64,000 nucleotides of DNA. It comes from Octopus vulgaris. Its lineage: Eukaryota. The notes under the pieces are model-generated. The model was given only the letters and a program-made list of their open reading frames with translations, searched no databases and had not been told where the DNA came from. This document shows, one piece after another, positions 12,548 through 27,473 of this stretch. Both the position numbers and the translations under genes were made by a program. Within the stretch, counting starts at the first letter, position 1, and every line of letters begins with the position of its first letter. Location: assembly GCA_951406725.2 (NCBI GenBank), contig OX597830.1:20398001-20462000 (forward strand), in the 5' to 3' direction.

Positions 12548-12603
12548 GTAACTATCTATCTATCTGTCTGTCTATCTATCTATCTACTGACCTACCTACC
12601 TAC

Positions 12604-12644
<41 letters not shown>

Positions 12645-12667
12645 CATCTATCTGTCTATCTACTGAC

Positions 12668-12730
<63 letters not shown>

Positions 12731-12739
12731 CCTACCTAC

Positions 12740-12807
<68 letters not shown>

Positions 12808-12825
12808 TTGTCTGTCTGTCTGCCT

Positions 12826-13935
12826 ACACCCGTTAAAAGGAGGGCTGGGCATGCCGTGGTTGATGATGCGCTGAGACTGCGACATCTCCGGCTCTACGTA
12901 GACGACGGTGAACAGGTGTGGTCGCCGTTTGTGAGGCACGCTTTCCTGCAGCTCGTCTCCATGACCGAACTGCAGACGTGGATCGAAAAGAGGCCGAGGA
13001 AGGACGAATGGCACCGAGAGTGTCGCGTTGCTCTCAAGCAACTATGCCGTCCCGGGTCGACCTTGAGCGACTTCAACACAACCAAAGCATTCTATAGGGG
13101 ATTAGTGGAGGGGAGGTACGACGACGATTTCGAGGCGAACCTGGGCGTCGACGAGGAATACCAGACCCGCCTGTTCAAGACGACTTTCGAGCCGGGACCC
13201 ATGGACAACTTCCAGAGATCCCTAGCCTGGCAGTGCTACCGAGAAGCGCTACCCGTTCGGGATAAACTCTACAGACACAGCTCGAGAAACAAGGGCCCAA
13301 CCTGCCCGAGATGCAGTCAGAGCGACGAAACCGTTCTGCATACACTCGTACAGTGTCCAACCACTTCCGACCTGTGGGCCTATGTCGAACGACTGCTGTC
13401 ACATGTAGGACGAGTCGGTTTATCAGCCGAGTCTATCGTCAATATCGTCACACCTCCTTCCTTCAAACGGGAAGGAAGAGGCTATTTTCATCATACTTGT
13501 GGCTATGGCGAAAGAATGTATCTGGTGGACGCGTCTGAAAGGATTAGAGACAAACACTTTCCTCTCTGGTCAATCTCTCATCAACTTCTTCAAGTATCAC
13601 TTGAAAAGGAAAGTGAGAGTAGAGAGGCAAGTTTTGTCTAGTGAATGTTTCAAAAAAGATGAGTGAATGTAGCAAGGATCGTACGTATGAATAACGAAGC
13701 CACCTTGAGCATAATCCTATGAACTCGGAAAAATTTAAAACAGAAAGTTACTTACTTGCAAATAAATATGTTAACATGTGACATTATTGACCAAGGTTAC
13801 CGTGGTCTTTTCCGTAGGTTTTTCTTTGTACGGATAAACCTTATCTGTTTCCCCCTTTACACTTTACACCATGACATTTCTACTTTGTAATTTGTCCCCT
13901 CTGTGTTCAGCCCTGTGTAGCTAATAAAGAAACAA
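12826..13935 (+). pseudogene. 5'-truncated Tx1/L1-like non-LTR retrotransposon: ORF2 C-terminus (zf-RVT) and 3' UTR, inserted in (TCTA)n
   Basis: ORF 12808-13641 contains W...REALPVRDKL..CPRCSQSDETVLHTLVQCP, a CCHC zinc finger of the zf-RVT type. After a frameshift near 13480 it continues AIFIILVAMAKECIWWTRLK. The 3' end is AATAAAGAAA, and both flanks are (TCTA/TCTG)n. Confidence 0.88.
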
Positions 13936-13994
13936 ATCTGTCTGTCTATCTATTTATCTATCCATCTACCTACCTATCTACCTACCTACCTACC

Positions 13995-14025
<31 letters not shown>

Positions 14026-14068
14026 ATGTATGTCTGGTTATCTATCTATTTATCTATCTCTCTAGCTT

Positions 14069-14099
<31 letters not shown>

Positions 14100-14609
14100 G
14101 TCTGTCTATCTATCCATCTATCTACATATTAATCTATCTATCCATTTATCTATCTATTTATCTTATTATTTATTTTTCTATCTATCTTTTATCTATCTGC
14201 TTTCGTCTGTCTGCCAAACTGTTTGTTTATCAGATAAACAAACAGGCTAGCAGACAAACAATGCTACATAGAAGTCTATCCATTTATGTATCACTGCAGA
14301 AGTTATCATTTTCTCCACACAGTGAAACAATACTAACTTATAACGGTTCGCGTTGTCTTCAAATGAAGAGCAATCTCTCGCTGTCTTAGCCTTAGATTTT
14401 CTTCAGAGTAATCTCTCTAATCGTTTTATTCCATCACTGTCTACGGTTTCATACAACAACCATATCAATGGATAAAAGAGTGGTAATGTAAATAATGTAA
14501 TGAATCCCTAATCTCAATAAATTATAATTAAACCTTGGGTGAGAAGAAGCAATCATGATATTAATGGCTGATTATGGCCGTGAAAACAAGGGAGACAACT
14601 TCGGAAATT

Positions 14610-15500
14610 AAATCATCTATTCATCCATCTGTTTTCACCCACTTATCGCCGAAGAGTCGTGGGGTTAGTGTCTTCAGGCGTCTCCTCCGTAGGATCTTAT
14701 CGGTAGAAACTGCCATTAGACTTCCCGGATGCGTTCCCAAACGCGACCAACTGAGGTTATGGACATCATCCAACTCTCTTGTTCTTGACCAATCCCTAGG
14801 CCTCCTGCCAGTTGGCCCGGCTCCAAGAATCCGTCTTGTGATTCTTTCTTGCGATATTTTAATCACAGTGAAGGCGAGTAGCTTAGTGGTTAGGGGCATT
14901 CGGCTAGGAATCGTACGGTGGTGAGTTCGATTCCCGGCCGTGCTTTATGTCCTTTATTTCACATTGCTCCAGTTCCCTTCAGCTGGCAAAAAATGAGTTG
15001 TAGCTGTAATTGAAGGGGCCAACCTTGTCACTGTCTGTATCACGCTGAATATCCTCGAGAACTACGTTAAGGGTATGTGTGGAGTACTCAGCCATTTGCA
15101 CGTTAAATTCACGCGCAAGCTAATCCGTTGATAGGATCAACTAGAACCCTCATCATCATAATCGACGGAGTGCCAGTTCTATTTTTAATATTTTAATCAC
15201 ATGTCCTTTAGTACTGGAGCTGTTGGTTTTCAATGCACAGAAGTAGCGGCTCAACCTGAGAAGATTCCTTGATCTCCAAGCTATGCGCCTTGTTAAGTAA
15301 CCTTACTTCAGGGGTCCTTTGGAAGACCTCTATTTCAGTATTTGCTATCATACGTTTTCGGTTAGCGAATGCTGGAGCTAGCGCATTACTACGCCAACAT
15401 TTACAATTCTGTCATCCGATTCAGATTCCTGCTTCCAGTCACTCAGGAATATGGCCTCGACATACTAAAACTTCTCCCCTTGTCTCAGTGATGTTCCATT
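14610..15500 (-). pseudogene. RTE-clade LINE relic (RT C-terminus), interrupted by a SINE
   Basis: Minus strand gives ..EIKESSQVEPLLLCIE..GHVIKI|SQERITRRILGAGPTGRRPRDWSRTRELDDVHNLSWSRLG.., the RTE G-x-R-P-R-G-R-P-x-x-R-W pattern, ending in a GGATGAATAGATGA tail. It may extend to about 15930. Confidence 0.8.
14868..15187 (+). mobile_element. SINE family C with 14-bp target-site duplication
   Basis: A-box AGCTTAGTGG, B-box GAGTTCGATTCC. TSD ATATTTTAATCACA at 14854-14867 and 15188-15201. Confidence 0.92.
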
Positions 15501-16081
15501 AACATTCAGAGTACACTGAGAAGACTTTCTTCAGAGGACCCGTGTCTTAGTCTTCAGAGCACTTATTCTAACCCTGCCTCGTATCACTCGGCATGGAACC
15601 CATTCAGTGCATGTTGAAAATCTCTTGGTACTTGTACTTACATTAGCGGCATTCCACCCGGATCCGACTAACGAGACCAACAAGGCCCTCACGAATGCTA
15701 ACCTTATCCGGAGATCGGCTCTAACGTTCCAGCAGGCAAAGTAATGAGTCAGCCTGAGGCCCAAAAACTGCAGCTTACAAATATGACAAAAGCCCCACTG
15801 GAAGAGCAAGCGCCGTAGATAATGAAGTCGCCGTTCTTATGCGTTGTTCAGGTTTAGAGTTCATGTTCAGAGTGTCAAGGGAAATACCTCATGCTGGAGA
15901 TTACTTTGTCATAAACCAAGTAGCACCATATCATCTGCAAATTAATATTAGGAAGTGGATTCTGTTATGATTTGATCTGTCCATACGTGTTGGACGTGAT
16001 TTGGAGGCTGAAGGTGTCCTCTGCTGACTGTTGTAACATTGCTTCTCGTATAAAGATAACACGAATGTTTTGTGTGGGAGA

Positions 16082-16156
<75 letters not shown>

Positions 16157-16203
16157 ACATACACACACACACACGCACAAACACACATACATATATATAT
16201 ATT

Positions 16204-16342
16204 CGACTGCTTCTTTCAGTTTCCGTCTACTTTGGTTAGCCCGAGGCTATAGTAGAAGACACTAGCCCAAGGTACCACACAATGGGACTGAAACTGGAGT
16301 CATATGGTTGGGAAGCGAGCATCTTACCACACAGCCACACCT

Positions 16343-16346
<4 letters not shown>
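16204..16346 (-). mobile_element. SINE family A head (internally deleted)
   Basis: Contains CTTCTTTCAGTTTCCGTCTAC...GAGGCTATAGTAGAAGACAC...ACCACACAGCCAC. Confidence 0.85.
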
Positions 16347-16382
<36 letters not shown>

Positions 16383-16517
16383 ATATATTCACAGATTTTA
16401 AATATGTTTAAATATGTTAATGATTGATGCATTTGTATATTTAAAATCCGTTATCAAACGATCCATGGTGCAATGTATATTTTTTATAAATTGCTGAACC
16501 TATTTGAATTCTCCTCA

Positions 16518-16561
<44 letters not shown>

Positions 16562-16629
16562 AGCATGTATACATATATGTATATATATGTATGTATGTAT
16601 GTACGTATGTATGTATGTATGTATGTATG

Positions 16630-16666
<37 letters not shown>

Positions 16667-16694
16667 GCATGTATACGTATATATACATATATAT

Positions 16695-16726
<32 letters not shown>

Positions 16727-16876
16727 AATGCATTTATACGTATATATATATATTATATCTGTGTATGTGTGTGTAAAGTATGAGCTACAAATCGCAGCCG
16801 TTCTGTTGCAAAGTCGTTTCCATAAAGTGTCGTTCGTTATAAATATTCATTTTCTTATTCCATTTTATCTTGATTC

Positions 16877-18200
<1,324 letters not shown>

Positions 18201-18833
18201 ATAGAAAATGTTCGGTGTAAGATCGTTCAATAAAAAGTCATTCAACCAACTTGGGTCTATGGAACTGTTGCTACAGCATCGGTTATTACACCTTGCAACC
18301 TACCTTGCGGGATTTTCTCCCTGCTCTTAATGTTCCGATACCAACACCTCTGACGACACTGATGCCATTGCTGGACTTCTTTTACCGTAACAACTTAGAC
18401 ACCATCGCTGGAGCATAAAGAGGTGATTTGTATGCATTGGCAATATTAGTTTTCTCTAGAAAGAAACCCTACCCGTACTGCATCGTGGAGAGAAACTCTC
18501 CAAATGTAGAAAGCAATGCCAAGTTATATCAGAAACGGCAGTAAAGTTTATTTTGTTGGAATTATTTTCTGATTGGCAGAATCTTTAAAAAGGCGGACAA
18601 AACGCCATGTGATGCTTTATCCGCATTGCCTTTATCAGCTGTTTTAACGATGGAAATAATCTGCTGTTTTGAACCAATCAAAAGGGATTAGATAATTGAT
18701 TGGTTGAAAATAGTGAAAAAGCTATTGGTGTATGTGGAGTGATCAAACTGTGATCTTTATACATTAAACTTTTCACACGCATGCGTACGTGCTCTCCAAT
18801 TTCATCCATCCATACAAACGCATACATACTGCA

Positions 18834-19229
18834 TAGGCGCAGGAGTGGCTGTGTGGTAAGTAGCTTGTTTACCAACCACATGGTTCCGAGTTCAGTCCCA
18901 CTGCGTGGCACCTTGGGCAAGTGTCTTCTACTATAGCCTCGGGCCGACCAATGCCTTGTGAGTGGATTTGGTAGACGGAAACTGAAAGAAGCCCGTCGTA
19001 TATATGTATATATATATAAATATATATGCGTGTGTGTGTGTTTGTTCCCCTAGCATTGCTTGACAACCGATGCTGGTTTGTTTACGTCCCCGTTACTTAG
19101 CGGTTCAGCAAATGAGACTGATAGCATAAGTACTGGGCTTACAAAAGAATAAGTCGATTAAAGGTGGTGCTCCAGCATGGCCGCAATCAAATAACTAAAA
19201 CAAGTAAAAGAGTAAAAGAGTAAAAGAGT
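18834..19229 (+). mobile_element. SINE family A, near full length
   Basis: Head, internal microsatellite and tail (AGTAAAAG)n. Confidence 0.92.
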
Positions 19230-19555
19230 ATACTGTGCGGGGAATTAATTTAATCCACGTGCACAAACATATATTGTCGCTACGAGCCGAAATTCCACTG
19301 AGGTCAACAATGTATTTCATTCTTTCGGGGTTGATAAACTAGGGGGGTCAGTCATATACTGAGGTGGATGTAATCGGTTAGCCCCTTCCTCTCGAAACAG
19401 CTGGTTCTGTGTCTCAATTAGAAATCATTTATAAATACACACACACACACACACACGTTTTGTAGATGGAAAAGAGATCCAAGTTGTGTCGTTTTGAAAC
19501 ACATCTTACAATCCGTTATGTAGTCGTTGATGTTACTTTATTCATGTAAGGTACA

Positions 19556-19870
19556 TATTTATTTATTTATGCGCCCTTTTCGAGCCTAGCCAGGCTCATG
19601 GGCCCAGTTCCCCGGTTTCTGTGGCGTATGTCCCCCTCCCCCAGCTGGACGGGACGCCAGTCCATCGCAACGTTACTCAAGAAACAGGAAGAGTAAGAGA
19701 AAGTTGGGGCAAAAGTGTACAACAGGGGTCGTCACCACCCCCTGCCGGAGCCTCGTAGAGCTTTTAGGTGTTTTCGCTCAATAAACACGCACAACGACCG
19801 GTCTGGAAATCGAAACCACGTTGCTCCGACCACGAGTCCGCTGCCCTAACCACTGGGCCATTGCGCCTCC
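19556..19870 (-). mobile_element. SINE family D (tRNA-derived)
   Basis: Reverse complement: head GGAGGCGCAATGGCCCAGTGGTTAGGGCAGCGGACTCG..GGTTTCGATT, body GCGATGGACTGGCGTCCCGTCCAG, tail (TAAA)n. A partial copy lies at about 49865-50008. Confidence 0.8.
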
Positions 19871-20085
19871 GGGGTACATATTACAATTGATTAATCTGAA
19901 AATATTGATGACAAAGTTATCATATAAGAAAACAGGAATCTGAAAAAGACTTTTTGGTGTTATTTATTCAGCATTATACGTTTCATTTGCCAATAGGAAT
20001 CGCAAAATTGCACATGATGGATAAACATGTAAGAGTTTTCTGTTAGAATTTCTCCAAACGCAGAGTTAAATAATACAAAATATAT

Positions 20086-20363
20086 ACTCTTTACTCTTTA
20101 CTCTTTTACTTGTTTCAGTCATTTGACTGCGGCCATATTGGAGCACCGCCTTTAGTCGAGCAAATCGACCCCAGGACTAATTCTTTCGAACCTAGTACTT
20201 ATTCTATCAGTCTTTTTTGCCGAACCGCTAAGTTATGAGGACGTAAACACACAACCATCGGTTGTCAAGCGATGTTGGGGGGAGACAAACACAGACACAC
20301 AAACACACACACACACACACACAGACACACACACACAGACACACACACACACACATATATATT

Positions 20364-20437
<74 letters not shown>

Positions 20438-20462
20438 TATACACATATATATATATATATAT

Positions 20463-20531
<69 letters not shown>

Positions 20532-20698
20532 TACGACGGACTTCTTTCAGTTTCCGTCTACCAAATCCACTCACAAAGCTTTGGTCGGCCCGAGGCTATA
20601 GTAGAAGACATTTTCCAAAAATGCCACGCAGTGGGACTGAACCCGGAACCATGTGATTCATAAGCAAGCTACTTACCACACAGCCACTCCTACGCCTA
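20086..20698 (-). mobile_element. SINE family A, full length, expanded internal (TA)n
   Basis: All domains present; about 250 bp of internal microsatellite. Confidence 0.93.
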
Positions 20699-21479
20699 CA
20701 GTCGAATATTATTATTGTAGCCGTCATCGTCGTCGTTATTGTTATTGTTGGTGACAGTGGTGGTAGTGGTTGCTCTGTTTGTAGTGGTGGTGGTGGTGGT
20801 GGTGGTGTTGGTGGCAGTGGTAGTGTTATTGTCATTCTTGGTAGCGGTACTGTCGATGATGGTGGTGGTAATGATGGTGTAATTGTGATGGTGGTGGTGG
20901 TGGCGACAGTGATGATGGCGATGGCGGCGATGGTTGTGGTGATGGTGGTGATGGTGATGGTGATGGTGGTGGCACTGATGCTCTTGATAGTAGTGATGGC
21001 GGTGGCGATGTTGTTGTTGTCGGTGGTGGTGGTCGTGGTGTTAGCGTGTATCCCAGGCTTCCATACTAAAGGTAAATGATTGATCTGACAGAAAAAAAAG
21101 GACGGATCAGGAAACGAAAATTATAAATAATAATTAACAAAGATATAAAATAAAATACAATAAAATAAAACAGAAATAAAAGAGACAAACATTGTCTTGC
21201 CCCTCCCCCACACCACTGGTTGTTATGACAACTGTTTATTGATTATGAATAATTGAATTATATCGAACACCACTACATCCACACCGTCCAACCACCACCG
21301 CAACCACCACAACAAAAACAATCACTACCACCAACACCAACACCACCATCTCTACTACTGCCACCCACCACTACTATCTCCACCACCACCACCACCAACA
21401 TACACCCCCACCCCCGTCATCACCAAACAGCATTATCAATCGCAACACCAACAGTGAGCAAGCTTATGAGCATTTTTTG

Positions 21480-22050
21480 TGGTTGCTGAATTTGTTAGAA
21501 ATAGCAGCTAAATCTTCCTCACACCAAACCCTACGGTCTTATAAAAGGGACACATTGGATAGTGTTGTCCGGGATACACACACTCTGAAAATTAATTCTT
21601 TAGTACTTCAAAAAAAAAGACACAAAAGACAAAAAAAACGATGGATGGTCATGGTCAGAATGTCTTTGAACATAGATCAGCTTAATCAGGATTGACCTAG
21701 GGCTAAAGAACAACAAAAACACAAACACTACTGCCACTACCACCACCACAACCACCACCACCAACACCACCACTACCACCACCAACAACAACAAGAGCAC
21801 CAGCGCCAATCAGCCTCTACATGACCGCCCAACCTCCTGGAGGTAGCAGGCAAATCACCCTCAAATCGTGACCCTATCGTTTTGTATAATAACAGGACAG
21901 GAGATAAATGAAGCCTTCAAAAAGACAGGATGGTCGTGATTGGAATGTCTGTTTGATCCTAGGTTTGTTTGATCAGGTTGACCTGGGTGGGGGTGGAGGG
22001 GCGTGAGGGTGGGGGACTGAACTTCAACAACAACAACAACAACAACAACA
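21480..22050 (+). mobile_element. two copies of interspersed family E (SINE-like, (CAA)n tail)
   Basis: Consensus read as TGYTAGAAATAGCAGCYAAATC..CACACC...GGATGGTCRTG...GAATGTCT...TTGAYCT.GGG..(AAC)n. Reverse-strand copies at about 680-780, 32900-33070, 47790-47865, 48430-48545, 50240-50410 and 62520-62600. Confidence 0.65.
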
Positions 22051-22137
22051 ACACAAATGACACCAAGTGGCACCAAGAAGATCAAAAACTATCGTTCCAG
22101 TACCGACACCAATCATCATCATCATCATCACCATCAC

Positions 22138-22178
<41 letters not shown>

Positions 22179-22215
22179 CCATCATCACCATCATCATCAT
22201 CATCATCACCATCAC

Positions 22216-22250
<35 letters not shown>

Positions 22251-22512
22251 CCATCATCACCATCATCATCATCATCATCATCACCATCAGCATCATCATC
22301 ATCATCACCACCATCATCATCACCACCATCATCATCATCATCATCATCATCATCATTATCATCATCATCATCATCACCATCGTCATCGTCGTCGTCGTCG
22401 CCGTCGCCGTCATCATCATTACTACCACATCATCGTCAGCATCAAACCATCGACTCCGCCATCACCACCATCATCACCACTGCAGCCACCACCACCACCA
22501 CCACAACCACCA

Positions 22513-22545
<33 letters not shown>

Positions 22546-22918
22546 CCATCACCACCACCATCATTTGGCAAATTATCTGCTTCCTCCTCCACTCCACCCC
22601 CGTCTTCCCTATCGCCCCCAATCTCCTCCACCACCAACACCAACACCATCGCCCTCGTCCCCTACACCCGCCCGCCCGCCCGCACGCTGTTGTCAATGGA
22701 GACGGAATGATGAACAAGAGTGAGAACAGGTATTCAGTGTTTAATGCAGTGGATTGGACACGCCCTGGCAATAAGGATTGCAGGTTGGGCGGCCGGAGGT
22801 AGAGGACTGGGCTGGGGTGGCCTCGGTTGGCTTGGGTGCAGTGTGAGACGTTGGATGTGTGTGCATGTGTGTGTGTGCGCGCGTGTGTATGTGTGCGGAG
22901 AGAGAGTGGTACTAATGC

Positions 22919-22976
<58 letters not shown>

Positions 22977-23014
22977 GGTGGTGGTGGTGGTGGTGGTGGT
23001 GGTGGTGGTGGTGA

Positions 23015-23048
<34 letters not shown>

Positions 23049-23085
23049 GGTGGTGGTGGTGGTGGTGGTGGTGGTGGTGATGATG

Positions 23086-23116
<31 letters not shown>

Positions 23117-23488
23117 CGATGATGATGGTGGTGGTGGTGGTGGTGGTGGTGGTGGTGGAGATGTTTCAGAAGGCACACCATGAAGAGAGTTTCTTTAATT
23201 TACAAATCGCGAAAAATGTATATAAACATGCGTCCGTATATAAACACACAACCATGCATACATACATACATTCAGACATACATACATACGTATGTACGTG
23301 CGTATATACGTATATATGTGTGTGCATACATAAATGCATACATACACACGTACATAGATATGTACTTACGTACATACGTATATACATACATAGATACATA
23401 TATAAATACATACGTACATTTATACATACCTCCCAAATACTTACCTACCTACCTACCTATCTATCTACCTACCTATCTATCTATCTAC

Positions 23489-23557
<69 letters not shown>

Positions 23558-23597
23558 AAACACGCACACACAGAGAAATATAGATAGATAGATAGAT

Positions 23598-23673
<76 letters not shown>

Positions 23674-23955
23674 TGATAGATAGATAAACGAGTTAGCAGG
23701 GCGTGAAACGGAATGTACAGTGACATTTTGTTTCTGTTCTTCGCATTTTGCGTTCAAATCTCGCCGTTCTCAACATTACCTCTCATTCTTTCTGGGTCCG
23801 ATAAATAATAAAGTATTTTAATAATCTTAACATAGGCAATACTGGAGATAGGAGCAGTGTCGATTCTCCCCCTCTTCTCTCTCTCCCCCTCTCCTTCTCT
23901 CTCACTGTATATACATATATATATGTACATATATATATATATGTATATATATATA

Positions 23956-24075
23956 TCGAAATTGCGAGGATGATCCGGTTCTTGACTGAAGGTTGAAGGC
24001 TTCGAATGTCCCGTCCTTATTTTTTGTATCGTCTTCAAAATGTTTTGCGTTCTTGTCCCAGTTTGTATTTTTTTA
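23956..24075 (+). mobile_element. TA-inserted short element, family P1
   Basis: Shares GAAATTGCGAGGATGATCC.GTTCTTGACTGAAG..AAGGCTTCGAATG..CCGTCCTT..TTTGCGTTCTTGTCCCA with 26570-26728 (+) and 38398-38560 (-). All copies abut (TA)n. Confidence 0.7.
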
Positions 24076-24082
24076 CATATAC

Positions 24083-24176
<94 letters not shown>

Positions 24177-24654
24177 CTGTATGTCTGCCTGTCTGTCTTT
24201 CCAAAACAATTTACCGTTTTTTAGAAACCGAATAAATACAGAAATACGGTTAGTTTTGAAACTCACAGGAATTTGACAGGCACAGCTTTAGTCTGATGCG
24301 CAGCCATTTTGCTATGTTTCATCTTCCGTGAAGAATTTTTTTCGAATATATTTCGTTATTTGCCGTCATAAACCTTAGGTTGTGATAGTGCCCGAAAATT
24401 ACTGCTCTACAACATGCAAGCAATCATAGCTATGAAAGAGTTCTATGTAAGAAACAGCCAAATTCGAAGAGCAGATGACAATCAGATCATCTATAAATTG
24501 CTATCTGTATTCGATAAATAAAATTATGTTCTTTACTTTTCTTTATTTGATTTTCATGCACTGTATTATAATTGGTGACGGCATTCTATACGTTTATTTT
24601 AAGAATTTTAACTGAATTAATTATGATCCTATTTGTGGTTTGTCTTCGAGTATT

Positions 24655-25165
24655 TCTTTTCCTCAACAGGCCCTGCCCTGTTTAACATTGTCCCAAAACT
24701 GATCAAAGAGGAAAAGGATACCATCACCTTTAAACGGAGTCTGGAGAAATTTCTTCAAGGAATACCAGATAAGCCACCTATACCTGGATAGAACTCACTC
24801 AACAAGAACTCGCTACTTGAATGGACCATAATGCCACAAAACTTGACTTTGCCGTCCAAGAATTTGGACCTGGAGATCTTCATTTCCTGCGATTTCGAGT
24901 GCCACCTCCCAGTGGTGTCAGGCGTCAACGAAGAGCCCTCGACTACAACAAGACGACCAAAGTTGTTTTTTTTTTTCCAAGGTCTGGGGTCTCCCGCCCC
25001 TAAGCCCTAGACCATCAACTAATCATCCTTACCCGTCTTGTTGCTTAACAGCAACAACAAAAGAACTTGACTTTAAAAGGCTTTACATAATCCTATCAGG
25101 TGGTGCTATTAAGTTACACATGACCTGGACCAATCGAAACATGTCTAGGTTTATCTAAGTGTCGA
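24655..25165 (+). pseudogene. CR1/L2-like LINE 3' end with a nested insertion (24851-25063)
   Basis: Translates as FSSTGPALFNIVPKLIKEEKDTITFKRSLEKFLQGIPDKPPIPG*NSLNKNSLLEW, the GP-x-LFN..FK..L..IPD-x-P..NSL pattern. The nested insert is flanked by the TSD AACTTGACTTT. Confidence 0.75.
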
Positions 25166-25302
25166 CTGCGATATCTATACAATGGATGTATGATGATATA
25201 TATGTTATGAAGTGAACACTTTTCAAGTTTAGTCTATCCTAGGTGAGTGTAATTTGGAAATTTCAGGTGTCCTCATTTGGTTGTTGTAACACTGGTTTCA
25301 AC

Positions 25303-25760
25303 CGCGAGCTAGCAGAATCGTGACCGCGCTGGACGAAATGCTTAGCAGTGTTTCGTTTGTCTTTACGTTCTAAGTTCAAATTCCACCGAGGTCGGCTTTG
25401 ACTTTCATCCTTTCGGGATCGATAAATTAAGTACCAGTTGCGTACTGGGGTCAATCTAATCGAGTGCTCCCCCGCACCTCCCCCAAAATTTCGGACCTTG
25501 TGTCTAGAGTAGAAAAGATTATTTGTATCTATTCAAGGCGGCGAGCTAGCAGAACTTTTACTGCGCTGGACAAAATGCTTAGCGGTATTTCGCCCGCCGC
25601 TACGTTCTCAGTTCAAATTCCACCGAGGTTGACTTTGTCTTTCATCTTTTCGGAACCGATAAATTAAGTACCAGTTGTGTACTGAGGTCGATCTAATCGA
25701 CTGCCCCCACCAAAAAAAAAAAATTTCAGGCGTTGTGTCTATAGTAGAAAGGATTATTTT
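25303..25760 (+). mobile_element. two tandem SINE family B copies
   Basis: GCGAGCTAGCAGAA..AAATGCTTAGC..GTTCAAATTCCACCGAGGT.. begins at about 25303 and again at about 25537. Confidence 0.88.
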
Positions 25761-25830
25761 TATCAATTTAATGATTCATTGTTCTTTTACTTTTTATCAA
25801 ATACATTATATTTTAAACATATACATATAC

Positions 25831-25886
<56 letters not shown>

Positions 25887-26396
25887 AGTTAAAGTAGTTT
25901 GATTCGGTTCCATGTGACTTAAAGTTTCGCAGGCTTCTAACTGAAAGCTGCCTCGTGGAGGCTCGGATTACCGAATGGAGGAACAGAGGATATCCAAGAT
26001 GACTGGTCAATAGGTCAAAGAAGGTCACAAGATAGATGAGATCGGAAACTTCAGCCACACCAGATGCTTTGTATATATGCGCGCGTTCATGCATGCGTGC
26101 GTGCGTGCGTGCGTGTGTGTGTGTATGTGTATGTACATACATACATACATACATACATACATACATACATACATACATACATACATACACACATATACAT
26201 ATATAACAGTCCTGTACACAGTTTCTGTTTCTCAAATACCCCCATGAGGCATTGCTTGACCCAAGGCCATAAGGGAAAACAATTTGCCAACCTACCGCGC
26301 AGTGAGACTGAACGCGAGACCGAGCAGTTTGAAGGCGAGCTTAACCATACAACCATGCATGTCAATGCCTGTATATACATATATACATACATATAC

Positions 26397-26730
26397 CTGG
26401 CTGTGCGTAAGAAGCTTGTCTACCAACCACAGAGTTCTGGGTTCAGTCCCACTGCGTGGCACCTTGGGCAAGTGTCTTCTACTATAGCCACGGACCGACC
26501 AAAGCCTTGTGAGTTGATTAGGTAGACGGAAACTGAAAGAAGCCGGTCGTATATATATATATATCAATCAGCCGAAATTGCGAGGATGATCCTGTTCTTG
26601 ACTGAAGATAAAAGGCTTCGAATGACCCGTCCTTGTTTTTTTGTATCGTCTATCTGGATGTTTTGTTGTCCCTTTTTGTATCACCTAGTTGTGCGGATGT
26701 TTTGCGTTCTTGTCCCATTTTGTATCTTAC

Positions 26731-26767
<37 letters not shown>

Positions 26768-26789
26768 TATATAAATATTATATGTATGC

Positions 26790-26831
<42 letters not shown>

Positions 26832-27206
26832 GTACATACTTACATATATATGTATAAACATATGCATATGTGGGCACAGGACGTCACAAAAGATAAACAA
26901 CAAAAATACGAAGTACGAGGACATGGAATAAAGACCTTGTTTGCAAGCAACAAAAGAAAGAAAATGGAAAACAAGACAAGCAACACAAGGAGCGACCTTT
27001 CATCAGTTGTCGGCTGTTTTTCTAATGCGTATTTCGAGCAATTCATGACAAAATACGCCTTCGATAAAACAGTTGCTCCTGCGAAGCAAATTGAATAAAA
27101 TTTGCGATCTTGCGGAGGGTCAAGCTTAGTGACAAAAAACAGGACAGTGAAAACAAACAGGAAGGGCTGCTAAACCTTAACGAGGCTGTGGTGGCGATGG
27201 CGTTGA

Positions 27207-27272
<66 letters not shown>

Positions 27273-27473
27273 CTGTGTTTGTCCTCCATCATCGCTTGAG
27301 AACCGATATTGGAGTGTTTACGTCTCCGTAACTTGGCGCTTCGGCGAAAATGACCGATAGAATAAGTACTAGTCTTACAAGGAAGAAATTATGGGGTCTA
27401 ATTGTTCGACTAAAGAGTGTGACCCAGCATGGCCGCAGTCAAAATGACTGAAACCAATGAAAGAATAAAAGAA

